A DNA stretch of 64,000 nucleotides, taken from the NCBI RefSeq assembly GCF_009914755.1, contig NC_060932.1. One strand, given 5' to 3'. Under the pieces are notes generated by a model that saw only the letters and a list, made by a program, of their open reading frames with translations, was not told where the DNA came from and ran no database searches. Positions 13,254 through 25,703 of the stretch are shown one piece after another (within the stretch, counting starts at the first letter, position 1; every line of letters starts with the position of its first letter). The translations under genes and the position numbers were made by a program. This DNA comes from the human T2T-CHM13v2.0 reference genome, Homo sapiens.

Positions 13254-14821
13254 GTAAATTTATTCCAAGGGTGGGGTGCTACTAAAAAGATAACCAAAAA
13301 ATGTGAAAGTGACTTTGGAACTGGGTAACAGGCAGAGGTTGGAACAGTTTGGAGGGGTCAGAAGAAGACAGAAAAATGTGGGAAAGTTTTGAACTCTCTA
13401 GAGACTTGTTGAATGACTTTGACAAAAATGCTGAAAATGATATGGACAATGAAGTCCAGGCTGAGGTGGTCTCAGATAGAGATGAGGAACTTGTTGGGAA
13501 CTGGAGCAAAGGTGACTCTTGTTGTGTTTTAGCAAAGAGACTGGCAGCATTCTGCTCCTGTGCTATGTGGAACTTTGAACTTGAGAGAGATGATTTAGGG
13601 TATCTGGCAGAAGAAATTTCTAAGCAGCAAAGTGTTCAAAATGTGACTTAGGTGCTGTTAAAAGCATTCAGTTTTATAAGGGAAGCAGAGCATAGAAGTT
13701 CAGAAAGTTTGCAGCCTCACAATGCGATAGAAAATAAAATCCCATTTTCTGAGGATAAATTCAAGTCAGCTGCAGCACATAAGTGATAAGGAGCCAAATG
13801 TTAATCCCCAAGACAATGGAGAAAATATTGCTAGGGTATGTCAGAGGTCTTCACAGCAGCACCTCCCACTATAAGCCTGGAGGCCTAGGAGGGAAAAATG
13901 GTTTTGTGGGCTGGGCTCAAGAACCCCCTGCTGTGTGCAGCCTAGAGACTTGGTGCTCTGCATCCCAGCCACTTCAGCTGTGACTAAAAGGGGCGAAAGT
14001 CCAGTTCAGGCCATGGCTTCAGAGGGTACAAGACCCAAGCCTTGGCAGCTTCCATGCGGTATTGAGTCTTCAGGTGCAGAGAAGTCATGAATTGAGGTTT
14101 GAAAACCTCCACCTAGATTTCAGAGGATGTATGGAAATACCTTGGTGTTCAGGAATAAGTTTGCTGCAGTGGTGGGGCCCACATGGAGAACCTCTGCTAG
14201 GGCTGCACAGAAGGGAAATGTGAGATTGCAGCTCCCACACAGAGTCCCTACTGAAGCACTGCCTTGTGGAACTGTGAGACAAAGGCCACCATCCTCCAGA
14301 CCCCAGAATGGTAGATCCACTGACGGCTTGCACCGTGTGTCTGGAAAAGTCACAGGCACTCAATGCCAGCCTGTGCAAGCAGCCAGGAGGGAGGCTGTAC
14401 CATGCAGAGCCACAGGGGTGAAGCTGCCCAAGACCATGGGAACCCAGCTCTTTCATCAGCGTGACCCAGATGCAAGACATGGAGTCAAAGGAGATCATTT
14501 TGGAGCTTTAAGATTTGACTTCCCTGCTGGAGTTTGGACTTGCATGGGACCTGTAGCCCCTTTGTTTTGGTTAATTTCTCCCATTTGGAATGGCTGTGTT
14601 TACCTAATGCCTGTACCCCCATTGTATCTGGGAAATAACTAACTTGCTTTTGATTTTACTGGCTCATAGGCAGAAGGGACTTGCCTTGTCTCAGCTGAGA
14701 TTTTGGACTGAGAACTGTTGAGTTAATGCTGAAATGAGTTAAGACTTTTGGGGACTGTTGGGAAGGCATGATTGGTTTTGAAACGTGAGGACGTGAGATC
14801 TGGGAGGAGCCAGGGGCGGAA
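13254..14821 (+). mobile_element. THE1-int internal region with disrupted MaLR ORF
   Basis: ORF pieces 13349-13651 (EGSEEDRKMWESFEL...) and 14127-14642 are typical THE1-int translations, broken by stops and frameshifts. Confidence 0.93.
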
Positions 14822-15191
14822 TGATATGGTTTGGCTGTGTCCACATCCAAGTCTCATTTTGAATTGCAACTCCCACAGCTCCCACATGTCATGGGAGGAA
14901 CCCAGTGGGAGGTGATTGAATTATGGGAGCTGATCCTTCCTGCACTGTTCTCATATTGAATGAGTGAGTCTACAAGAGGTGATGGTTTTAAAAAAACAGG
15001 AGTGTTCCTGCACAATCTCTCTTTTTTCTTGCTGCCATCCGTATAAGACGCGACTTGCTTCTCCTGCATTCCACCATGATTGTGAGCCCTCCCCAGCCAC
15101 ATGGAACTGTTAAGTCCATTAAACCTCTTTCTTTTGTAAATTGCCCAGTCTCGGTGTGTCTTCATCAGCAGTGTGAAAATGGACTAGCACA
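14822..15191 (+). mobile_element. THE1 3' LTR
   Basis: TGATATGGTTTGGCTGTGTCC...GGACTAGCACA. Confidence 0.95.
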
Positions 15192-16084
15192 TATCCTTTC
15201 TAAATGCAGTGTTGAATCTTTTCTATTGTGGTACTTTAACTTTTTGTCTAGTGGTATTGTTTTATTTGCATATTTCTGAAAACTCTAACTATAGATTATT
15301 TTCTTAAATCTGTTCATTTCAAAGCCAGAAATTGTGCCCCAATCAAAATGGGACTTGATGTTTTAAGATTGCTTTTCATCATAGGGATATAGTGTTCTTA
15401 TTAAATATAATTCTTTATTCTTCCTCATCAATCTTATCAGTAACTTTGAATGTTAATGTACATTTCTCATGTTCCAAAGTAATAAACAGACACATAAAAG
15501 TCAATTGATTTAGACCATTTACATGAACAAATTAAGATTTCTTCTTTATTATAGTACATCTTGATATAGGCCAGTAAGAATGTCTTCTGATGCCTTCTTG
15601 TTTAGATTTGTGTCCACAGCACGAGAGCTTAAAGAGGTTGTATGCCATTTATATAACTTTTGTGGTCAGCTTGCTCAGATAACTGTATCTGCTGGATGTT
15701 AGAAAAAAATTTACTCTTTGAACAACAATAACATTAAGTTGAGGGTTTATTGCAATGTCTCAGAAATATGTTAAGACTACCTCATCTTTTTCAATAATGC
15801 AGATAAAGGATTGGGATGCCGAAATAAAGTTATTTATTTTTATAAGCTGTCAGCTTTGGCAGTTAATAAAATGTATTTTTTGAATATGAATTTGATTTGG
15901 ATTCTAATGTGTATTTTCAATTTATAATCATATATATTTCTAATAAAATTTGTCGTAAGTAATACAATCACAAAACCTTCAGAGAAATCATGTATCAATT
16001 ATTGGAGTCTGATCAAGGATGTTATCCTTTCTTAGCCTCCCACTACTTAAGATAAAATTGGCATATAGATTAAAAATAGTTGTT

Positions 16085-16165
16085 ATATATCTATCTACTT
16101 ATCCATTTATCTATCTATTGATCTGTCTGTCTGTCTACCTACTCACCTACCTACCTATCATCTGT
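16085..16165. repeat. Degenerate (TCTA)/(TCTG)/(CCTA) repeat
   Basis: Direct reading. Confidence 0.8.
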
Positions 16166-17089
16166 CACCTAAGTATCTAATCTTTATATAAATATGCTCC
16201 ATCTGGCATAGAGTTGAGGCTCTCAACAAATTCAGCTATTCTTCATCTAACCTAGGAATGGTTGATTTTGTGGTGGAGCAGAGAAATTGCATAGAAAACC
16301 GACTAGCAGTTATTGAAGTCTGAATTTATTAAATATATTAGCAAGCAAAACCTTTAAAAGTACCTCCTCTGCTCAGATATTCCTTCACTCTCATTTTTCC
16401 AATTAACTCCTATTTTTTCATCAAATCTCATGGTTAACATAACCTTTTCTCCATTTTGAGGCACTTGCTCCTTTCTTGGTGTTAATTTGTGCTTCTCTCT
16501 TTGTGCTTTCTCATCAGTTTGTATGCATAGCACATTACAATGAAATCATCTTTCTTCTATGGTAAGGAATTGACCACCTAAATAGCATGCACTTCCGTAA
16601 TTATATAATTAATTACTTTATATATTTTAGGGAAGTGATATTTGTTTAGAGCCACTTGTTTTCAAATCATTTTCCTAGTATTGGAAATAAAAAACAATTC
16701 AGAAAAGGGAACTGTCCTCATGAACTTAGAGTGCTTTAGAAAGATGCAATCATATAATCAAGTAGTGATGTTTGAGCTGAGTCTTAGAAGATAAACAGGT
16801 ACTTGCCTATCTGAGGGAAAAGAAACATAGTCCTCAAAGAAAGAGCAACAGAAGCAAAAGCATTATGAAGTAAAACATCTGGTCACTCATTTTGCATCCC
16901 TAAAATCATGCACAATGCCTATAATGCAGAATACATACAATATTGAAAGTAATCAATGTTTTAATAAATAAATGAATTCAAAAATGATTGCTATAAAAAC
17001 ACCTGTCAGAGTGCCAAAATTTTAAGACCTCAATATTCAATGCATTAACTAACTTCTACATATTAATTTGAACTAAACTAACTTTATTT

Positions 17090-17141
17090 AATATATAACA
17101 TATTATATATGTACATATATATTACATATATATGTAATACA

Positions 17142-17172
<31 letters not shown>
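17090..17172. repeat. TA-rich tract ending in about (TA)14
   Basis: Direct reading. Confidence 0.9.
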
Positions 17173-17177
<5 letters not shown>

Positions 17178-20100
17178 CAGATGGAGTCCTTGTACATTTA
17201 GATTCCTGGAAGTAGAGTCTTTACAGTTCAGTCCTAGGCAGTCTCAGCCCTACTGGTTGGGGTCCAAATCTGCCTCCCCTTCTCTCATTCTGTTTGTTTA
17301 TCTTAAAACCCTTGCCACCCCATTTACTTGCATAACACATCTTATTTATACTAATAAATATTCTTGGTTATAGAACAGATGATTATTGGAATAGTGGCTA
17401 AGTATGTGAGCCCTTGCTTTTGAATTCTGATTCCTTCACTTAGTGAGTGACAAAGGGTAAGCTTTCTTATGTATAGAAAAGCAGAGTAGAACCTACTTTA
17501 TTGGATTCTTAGTAGCACTACATGCAATAGTCCATGGAGCACCAGTCCAGGTGACCTTGCTCAATGCCTCATTATCACCCAAAGCCCCTCTAACACCTAG
17601 CATACAGTTAATGACTTTCTTCTCTTCCTTGGAAGAAAATGAAGACAAATACTGCCATTTGTGACTTTTAACTGTTGTTCTTAAGTTAAAACATGATTTT
17701 TGTATTTTTTTCTGCTCAGAAAAATACCATTTCACAAATTGTAACCTAATTGTCCTAAGAGTTGTTTTGAAATGGAGGGGGTTTTTGCTGTTGTTTGGCT
17801 TGTTTGTTTTAACTCTAGGAGAAAAAAGGTAGGAGCAGGGGAGACAGTTAAATTGGAATGGCTCAAATCTTATACTAATCTTTTTGGTACTGTTGTGCTT
17901 AGAGTGTAGTTTAATATTTTGAATTCCCTACACCCATGATTCTGACAGGAGCTAGGGGAACAGAAATGTTCTCCAAAAACTATTAGACAGGCTTGTCTTG
18001 CTTTTATTATTTTATCAAGAAAAAAGGCCCGATGCTACTAATTGGAAGTACATTCTGGCCTCTGTAACAGAAACATGCTTTAGGTAAGATTATAGCGGTG
18101 ATGAGGAGAAGAAGGAGAAGGATACACACAGCTTGTACCTCTAATGTCTTAAGAAAATGAATACTGTGAAGTAAGTAAAAACAAGCACCTCAATCTTTCT
18201 GTACTTAGGGCTATTATCCTCTTATTGGTACAGCAACATGTACCACCATTATCCTGTTACACTAGGCCCCTGAAACTACATTTGTGGGTTGGGGTTCCCC
18301 AAGAAAATACCAATTTACAACAAAATTTTCTTTCTCTGGCTACTAGACATGTCACTAATTTAGTTGCAGCATGAGTACCTTAACTATAAATCCAGCTGAC
18401 AAATGTGACCATAACCATACAGGTAGAATTTATGTTTAAAATAGATGTGTATGATTTATTGAGGACCTTGTAGGCTATTAGAAAAATACCGCAACCCTTC
18501 TCTACTATCAGCTGCATGACACACACCTGAATTGGAAAATGCTGTAGAATTTAATTCTTATTTAGCCAGGTATTCTCTTTTTTTCACCCATCCCCTGCTT
18601 TTATTTATTCATTTTTTAATTTGAACCAGGGAAAGTAGGAAGTAGTATCAAACCTTGCCAGAATTTTATCCACTCATGTAGAGTCAGGGCTGTGTTCTCT
18701 GCGGGAGCTTTGAGTATGATTCCTTCATTCCAGTGGCCACCATTTACATAGACTGTCTGTGCTCTACTATTAAATTGCACATGGAACTGTGTCAAGAGCT
18801 CCCTCCTCTCTTTATTTATTTATTTTTAAGAGAGTGTCTACTTTGACTTCTATTCCTGGGAACAGAAATAAATTTCTTTATTAGACTATCCTGCAAACTC
18901 TTAGATTTACCAGGATTGGACTGGATCTAACAGGTGTCCAATAAAAATCCATTCTTTCCATTTATTTGGTCATTCATATAATTACCCAAATATTTACTGA
19001 AATTTACTGTGCTAGATTTGTAAACCGATAAGGAAGCAAAATATATGTATGTCTTGCTTTCATGAAACCTACAGTTTTAATCTGTTATTAATCAGGTTTA
19101 CTAAACTTTATAACAGCAAATGATACACTACAACTGAAATAAAATCACAGAGCTAATGGTGTATATTAAGAACTGAATCTTGTCTGCAGGTATAAGAGCC
19201 ACATCTCTTATAAAATATTTTCCATGCTCATACTGATTCCCTTTCTCTGCAAGGTCTACTCTCCTACTGCTCACACAGTATTAGCTATACTTAAAATATT
19301 TTGCTGGTCACAATTACTGGCTCAGAGGTGGACACTTCTTGCAAGTTGAACCTGAAAGATTATCTTTCTAGAATTTTTGTACTTCTGATTCACAAGCATG
19401 AAGTGTGAGAGTTTGAACAAAACTAAAATATTTTGGACTTTATAGCCAAAGGCTGTGTTTTTATGATATTCTGAATTTTTTTTTCAAAAGAAGCTGTTGA
19501 AAATGTATACATATAAATAAATTTTCTATTTTTGAAATATTGAAAGTGGCATTTCTTTCTCATGGATATAGATACCTAGTACTCTAGTTGTCATACTGAA
19601 GATTACCTGTTGTTTCTGTTTTGTGGGAAAACAGAAATTGCTCATGTGGGCATCTGGCTGGGTTCAAATGTGTTTAACATCATTTTTAGTCATTGACTTT
19701 CACCTATCTTTCTAAGTTTTGTGGGTTTTAGTTCAGTTTGGTTGATTTTATTTTGAATTTTAATATTAACATATCCATCAATAAATAAAGCTTTTTATTC
19801 AGTGGCATATGAAATTAAACCTCTGAAAGTGCTTTATATTTATAAAATGAAAATCAAGCTTAGTGGAAATAAAATTGGAGATGTATTTTGAGTCACGCAA
19901 TAAAATTTTAAGGCATAATTATTATTCTTCATAAAATAGCTGATGTTCAGGTATCCTACAAATCTTTCGTGTGTATAATTATCTTTGTAATCTTAGCCTT
20001 AAATATGTCTCCCAAAACTAAAATATTTAAAGCATTTTATAATTTAGTTCAATATTCATATCCCCAACCTTCTTGGAATTTAAAAACTACTCACATTTTC

Positions 20101-20302
20101 TCAAAATATATTTATACCCATAAACATTGTTGTAAATTAATTTTTTATTAGTATTTACATTGTAATTTCCAAGCACATATGCTACAATCATCTCAGTAAA
20201 ATTAACAATGATAAAATTAGCTAAAGGGCAGATAAAGAAAGGTGTTAGGAAATACTATTTTGATCTAAAATTCTAAGTTCCCCAATTTGCACAATGAAGA
20301 TA

Positions 20303-20327
20303 TGTGTGTGTGTGTGTGTGTGTGTGT
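20303..20327. repeat. (TG)12 microsatellite
   Basis: Direct reading. Confidence 0.95.
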
Positions 20328-23274
20328 AATAGGATGATAAGTTATTCTCAATTTTCACATTTCTGCTGGGCTTAGTGGATTATATAATGTGATAATAGGC
20401 CAGTAATTTCCAGCTTTCTTTTTGTAGCAGTAGCATCTTTATTGAAAAAAAATTTATATTAAGATATAGTATCAAAATGCATAAGGGTGTCTTTGCTTTG
20501 GCTTGGCAGGGTTGGTGTCTGTAAGCCTTGTTCTCTTGACTCTTATTAAACTGAACCTTTGCGTGACAGCTAATTGTCTGTAGAGCCATTTTAGTAAAAC
20601 CATTACTGGGAATATAATATTCTTTGGAGCTTGGCTGTCTGATAATTAGGGTCTAGTGCTTGTCTTCAGCTTTCTCTAAACTTCCAATGGCAAAGAGAAG
20701 AGTCTACTTGTATGCTATAAATGAGACTCTATGGCTTTTACACACAGCTCACAGCCTCTCCTTATTTATTCATTTTTTCCTAGAGTATGCATCACGTCTC
20801 TCAACAGCCACCCAATTCTACTTCCCTGGCTAATATTTCCCTCATATTTCTCATGTGGCTAAAATACTGCATCAGATAGGACATTTGCTTCCACAGATAT
20901 TATGTCCTATTTCACTACAAGTGAAAGTTTGAGCAATTAGACCACAGCCTAAGGCAGTGACCCGCTGTGCTCCAGCAACCACACTGATGGAGTTCTCATT
21001 GCTGGCCAGGTGATGAGTGATCCATCTACAATACACCGTTTTCTTGCCTGCTTGTGGACTCCAGCACTGACTTTCCCTGGCTTTGCTCTTTCGAGGGCAG
21101 AATTAATCTTATAGTATATTTGTTAGGTAGCATCCTTGGAATCAACACCAGCAAAAGGAAGAATAAGAAATTGGGTTTGGGTAGAGGGAGAAGTTGAGCT
21201 TTTAGTCCACCAACAGCCTCAGCCAACTCCACAGGCAGCTCTGGAGAAAAGCTGACTCTTCACTGTTGTTTAGAATTGGTTTGAAATATGCAAGTCTTTA
21301 AACTTCATCACAATTAGCCATTAGCTCTGTGAGTTGTTCACAAAAAGCGGAGACCATGTGTGTAGTAGTTATCTGCAGCTGAAGCCATCTCTTAAAGTAG
21401 CTGGTACATGTAGTCTGTTGTTATAACTAATTCTTTTTCGAAGGGGAATTTAGGGGGGAACATAATTATGCTGACCACTTCGTGGTTGATCCATAACTAT
21501 GCCCACTGGTGAACAATATATAGACCCAAATTCTAAAATACTTTATGGGACTTTGTCAGGCAGGCAAGGCTACACCATAGTAATAGCCACTCCCAGAGTC
21601 AGAACGTTAGAGCAGAAATATTTTACTTTCCACTAATGCAACTTCTCCATCATGAGTCACCCAAGGTTTTTACTTACTATATTTGCTCAGGAAATTTGGT
21701 TAACAAATTTAGCTAAGCCACTGTCTAGAATGTCACTGTTTGTCAAACCAAAGAGAAATGGAGTTCTAAAGCTTCTCAAACCAGAAACCAAATTCTCTGT
21801 CCAGGTATTCCCAAATGTCACTTCTATTCACCATTATTAGTCAAGTCTACTCCCACAGAGTCGGAAAATGAAATCCTACTGTGTTCAAAAGAGAGCAGCT
21901 AGTGGTTGAGTGAGCAGCTTAATGACTGCCACTGAAACTTACCTCATCAAATCTCCACCTGCGCCTCTAACCTCATTCTTCTACCTTCATTCTTGCAAAC
22001 TTTGGGAACTTCAGACATATTGAGATTTTCTGAATTTTTCATTCTCTCTCATTCTGAAATATATTTACTTGTGCTCTTTCCCTTGCTTTCGTCGAGAAAT
22101 GAATTTTGAATGGGTGAAAATGATTACACTGTCATCAATTATAATTTTGTTGTTTTTTTTTTCCTCCATTAGTAATGTCATTTTAACTCTAAGGTGAGTA
22201 GTCATACGCCAAAATATGATCTCAGTCAAGCAAGAATATACGCCTTACCTTCCTCATTCCTAAAACTCAGTTTCTTCTTCCTAGAATATGCACATCCCAT
22301 ATGGCCTCTGTCCAACTTGCCTTTCCTTTTTATTTCCTGCAGAGCACCCTTTAATGGTGCCACCTTTTAACTCAAAGCAATTATTTTGTGTGCCATTCAT
22401 TAAGGAGTTATTAAATACTAAGCAAACGGGAGAAGTTTTAGAATGTTTTCATGTATTTCTATTTGCACGTATTTCATTGAGGTTTTACAGGTGTGAATTA
22501 TTTTGTAATTACCTCTTCTGCTAATTCAGAGAGAAATCGAGAAGATGAACTTGTTATATGGGAGAAACATTATTAGAAGAAGCCAAGATTTTTGAAGTTC
22601 TTGTACAGGCTCAATCTTAATTAGTCTTCCTTGATAATATCATCTAGCTTCAATTTCCTCATCTTTTTTCTGCATAACATAGGTTTCACTAGAAAATCTC
22701 TAAGGAATTGCCCACAATTAAAATGAAGTGATTCAGAAACTAGATTAACCATTCTCTGAGACAAAAGATTTGAATAGAAAAAAAATTCACTTGTTAAATA
22801 TTATCATTGTTTAGCTTTCAATTCACTAAAGTCTTTGAAAAAAACACCACTCTATTTTCTGGTGTGAAAGGGTTGTGGGGAACTGGGGAAGATATAATGT
22901 TGAATTTACAAATTGGGGAAAAGTAAGCATGTGTTTCAAAACTTGGAAATAAATCATCTTTTTAATTACCGTGGGACAATGGCCATCAGGGAAAGTCCAG
23001 ATACTGAAATTAGACCCTCTACCAGGATAAGGAGCAGGGGAAACTGTGAGTCTCACAGTTATAGCCACTGGGATAAATGATAGCTGTGGTAGACAGCAAC
23101 TTCAGAGTGACATCTAGAATTCATACAGAATCACATGCAAATGAACACACATATATTCTAGCATTTTCAACCCCTCTATTATCATGACTTCACTGCATTT
23201 TGCTTTAGTAAATAAACCTTATGACTCAATAAATGTCTATTAACCACTAAAGAGATAATAAGGATATCTGATTT

Positions 23275-24860
23275 GATGTTAATACCATGAATGGGTGTTG
23301 AATTTTAACAGATTCCTTGTGTTTCTTTTGAGAAGATCAAATGATTTTTCTCCTTTATTTTGTTAATGTAGTTCCTTGATTCCCTAGTGGAAACCAACGA
23401 TAATTATTGGAATAAACACAACTTGTTTGTGGCTTACGAATATTTTTTGTATCTCTGAATTTGGCTTGTTAGTATTTTGTTAAAGAATATTTCATTTATA
23501 TTTATGAAAGAGTTGGGCCTGTAAGTTTCCTTCTGTAATATTCTTGTCATATTTTTGTACCAGGGTTATAATAGCATCATAAAATGAATTTGATATGTTC
23601 AACTTTTCCAAAAGAGTTTATTTAAGACTAAACTTAATTCTTCCCTAAGTTTTTGGAAGTATTTACTATGGCAGCATCCTGGATGGAGTGATACTGTTTA
23701 GAGACAGAATGGTTAAGCTTTAAAGTTGTTAGTACATATGACTTTTTAGATATTGTGGAAATTCTTTTGTCAGTTTTATATTAAATTACACAGAGATTTT
23801 TGTATTTATTTAAAATTTCAAATTATTGACATACAATTATTTTAACAGTATTTTAATATATATAAGATCTGACTGACGTATCTTTTTACATTCTGGATAT
23901 TGATGTTGTTTTTCTTTTGGTTATATTGCCAGAATACAGCCAAATTACCTGTCTTTTCAATGAAGAAATTTTGAGTTGGTTGATTGTCTCTCTGAATATT
24001 TGTTTTCTGTTTCATTCATTTCTGTTCTTATCTTTATTATGTCCTTCTACTTTTCTCCTTTTGGGATCATATACTAATATTTGCTATTTTATTAAGATGA
24101 CAATTTAGATGTGAATTTCGGCCTTTCTCTTTTTTTCCTTCTATTACAGCCATTTAAGCAACTACATTTCTCTTTAAGAAGAAATATAAAATTATATTTT
24201 ATTTTCATTTACATTTATATTCATAATACATATATATTCATAAATGTCAAATTATATTTTATCACACAGATTTCAAAATGTCATATTTTAATTTTTATTA
24301 ACTAAGAGCATTTTCTTTTTTTTATTTTTAAGAGATGGAGTCTCGCTCTGTCCCCCATGCTGGAGTACAATGGCACAATCACAGCTCACTATAGCCTTAA
24401 CCTCCTGGGCTCAAGCAATCCTCTGGTCACAGCCTACTGAGGTGCTAGGACTATAGGCAAATGCCACTACACCTGACTAATTATATTTTATATATTTTTT
24501 TTGTAGAGACATGGTCTCTCTATGTTGCCTGAGCTGGTCTCAAAGTCCTGGCCTTAAGTGATCCTCATGCTTCAGACTCTCAAATTGTTGAGATTACAGG
24601 CTTAAGCCAGGCCAGAAACTCTTCTAATATTCGTTTGGTATCTTCATTAATTAATAAGAAAATTATAGAAGAAATGATTAAATAAAAAACATGGGAGTTC
24701 ATCTAGTTATTTTTTGTCACTTATTTCCAGTTTAAATATACTGTATGCAGAGAATATGTCCTAATTCTTTGTCACTTAAATGTACTGAAACTTGCTTTAT
24801 GACCCAGCATTTGCACAATATTGGAAAGTATTATATTCAGTTCACTTTAAAATAAAAGTG
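23275..24860 (-). mobile_element. Old L1M ORF2 fragment, antisense, interrupted by AluJ
   Basis: T-rich; ATGAATGGGTGTTGAATTTT, CATAAAATGAATT, GAAACTTGCTTTATGACCCAGCAT resemble antisense L1 ORF2. Confidence 0.7.
24311..24613 (-). mobile_element. AluJ (Jo/Jr-like)
   Basis: CACAGCTCACTATAGCCTTAACCTCCTGGGCTCAAGCAATCCTC, which is J-type; strongly CpG-depleted. Confidence 0.92.
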
Positions 24861-24871
24861 TGCTCTTATTG

Positions 24872-25292
24872 CTTGTCTTATTGTTATAACAAAATTCTTT
24901 AGAATTGGTAATTTATCAATAATCGAATTTTATTGTTCACAGTTTTGGATTGTGGGACATTCAAAATCAAGGTGGCAGTGAATTCCGTGTCTGGTGGGGA
25001 ATTCACTCTCTGCTTCATAAGTGGTGCCTTCTTGCCTCATCCTCACATGATGGAAGGGCAAATAAGCACCCTCAGGCCTCTTTTATGAGGTCACTAATCT
25101 CATTCACAAAGGCAACACCCTCATGGCTTGATTCACTTCCCAGAAGCTTCTACTTTGTCATGCTGTCACGTTGGATATTAGGTTTCAACATATGAACTTT
25201 GGGGAACAAAAACATATTTTAATGTTTATCAAAATAGCATTTTAAAATATTTTTAGTACTTAAAAGTGCTATTTTAATAGCAGACCATAGCA
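24872..25292 (-). mobile_element. MLT1A/MST-type MaLR solo LTR with a 65-bp insertion
   Basis: TTAGGTTTCAACATATGAACTTTGGGG...AACAT and terminal CAGACCATAGCA match the reverse complement of the MLT1A 5' end. Confidence 0.82.
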
Positions 25293-25299
25293 TTTTAAA

Positions 25300-25642
25300 A
25301 ATTTTTTTAATTTGATTTTTACATTTACATATGACAACTGTACCTATTTATGGGGTAATATTATGCAGTTTCAATATATGAAATATATAGTAATCAGATC
25401 ATAGTAATTAGCACATCTCAATAGCATCATCTCAAACATCTATTATTTCTTTGTGTTGGGAACATTCAATATCTTTCTTCTAGCTCTATGAAACTATATA
25501 ACATATGATTGTTAAATATAGCCATCCTGCAGTACAATGGAACACTAGAACTTATTAGCTGTAATTTGGATCCTTGAACAAATCTCTCCTTGTCCTCTTC
25601 TTGCCCTTGCCCTTTCCAGTGTCTAGTATCCTCTGTTCTACT
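25300..25642 (-). mobile_element. L1MA 3' end
   Basis: TATTTATGGGGTA...CATCTCAAACAT..TATTTCTTTGTGTTGGGAACATTCAA is an L1MA-type 3' UTR. Confidence 0.82.
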
Positions 25643-25703
25643 GATCTTTAATTGAATGTTAGATCTTTTTAATTAAAAAGTAAACCAGTAATTTATTTCT
25701 CTT

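Larger units (their letters stand above)
12865..15191 (+). mobile_element. Complete THE1A/B MaLR provirus (LTR-int-LTR)
   Basis: Two homologous TG...CA LTRs flanking a 1.57-kb THE1-int; purine-rich PPT at 14803-14821; perfect TSD TATCC at 12860-12864 and 15192-15196. Confidence 0.96.

Noticed and set aside
13349-14642. 100-aa and 171-aa ORFs as a host gene
   Set aside because: Fragments of the decayed THE1-int ORF, separated by stops and frameshifts.
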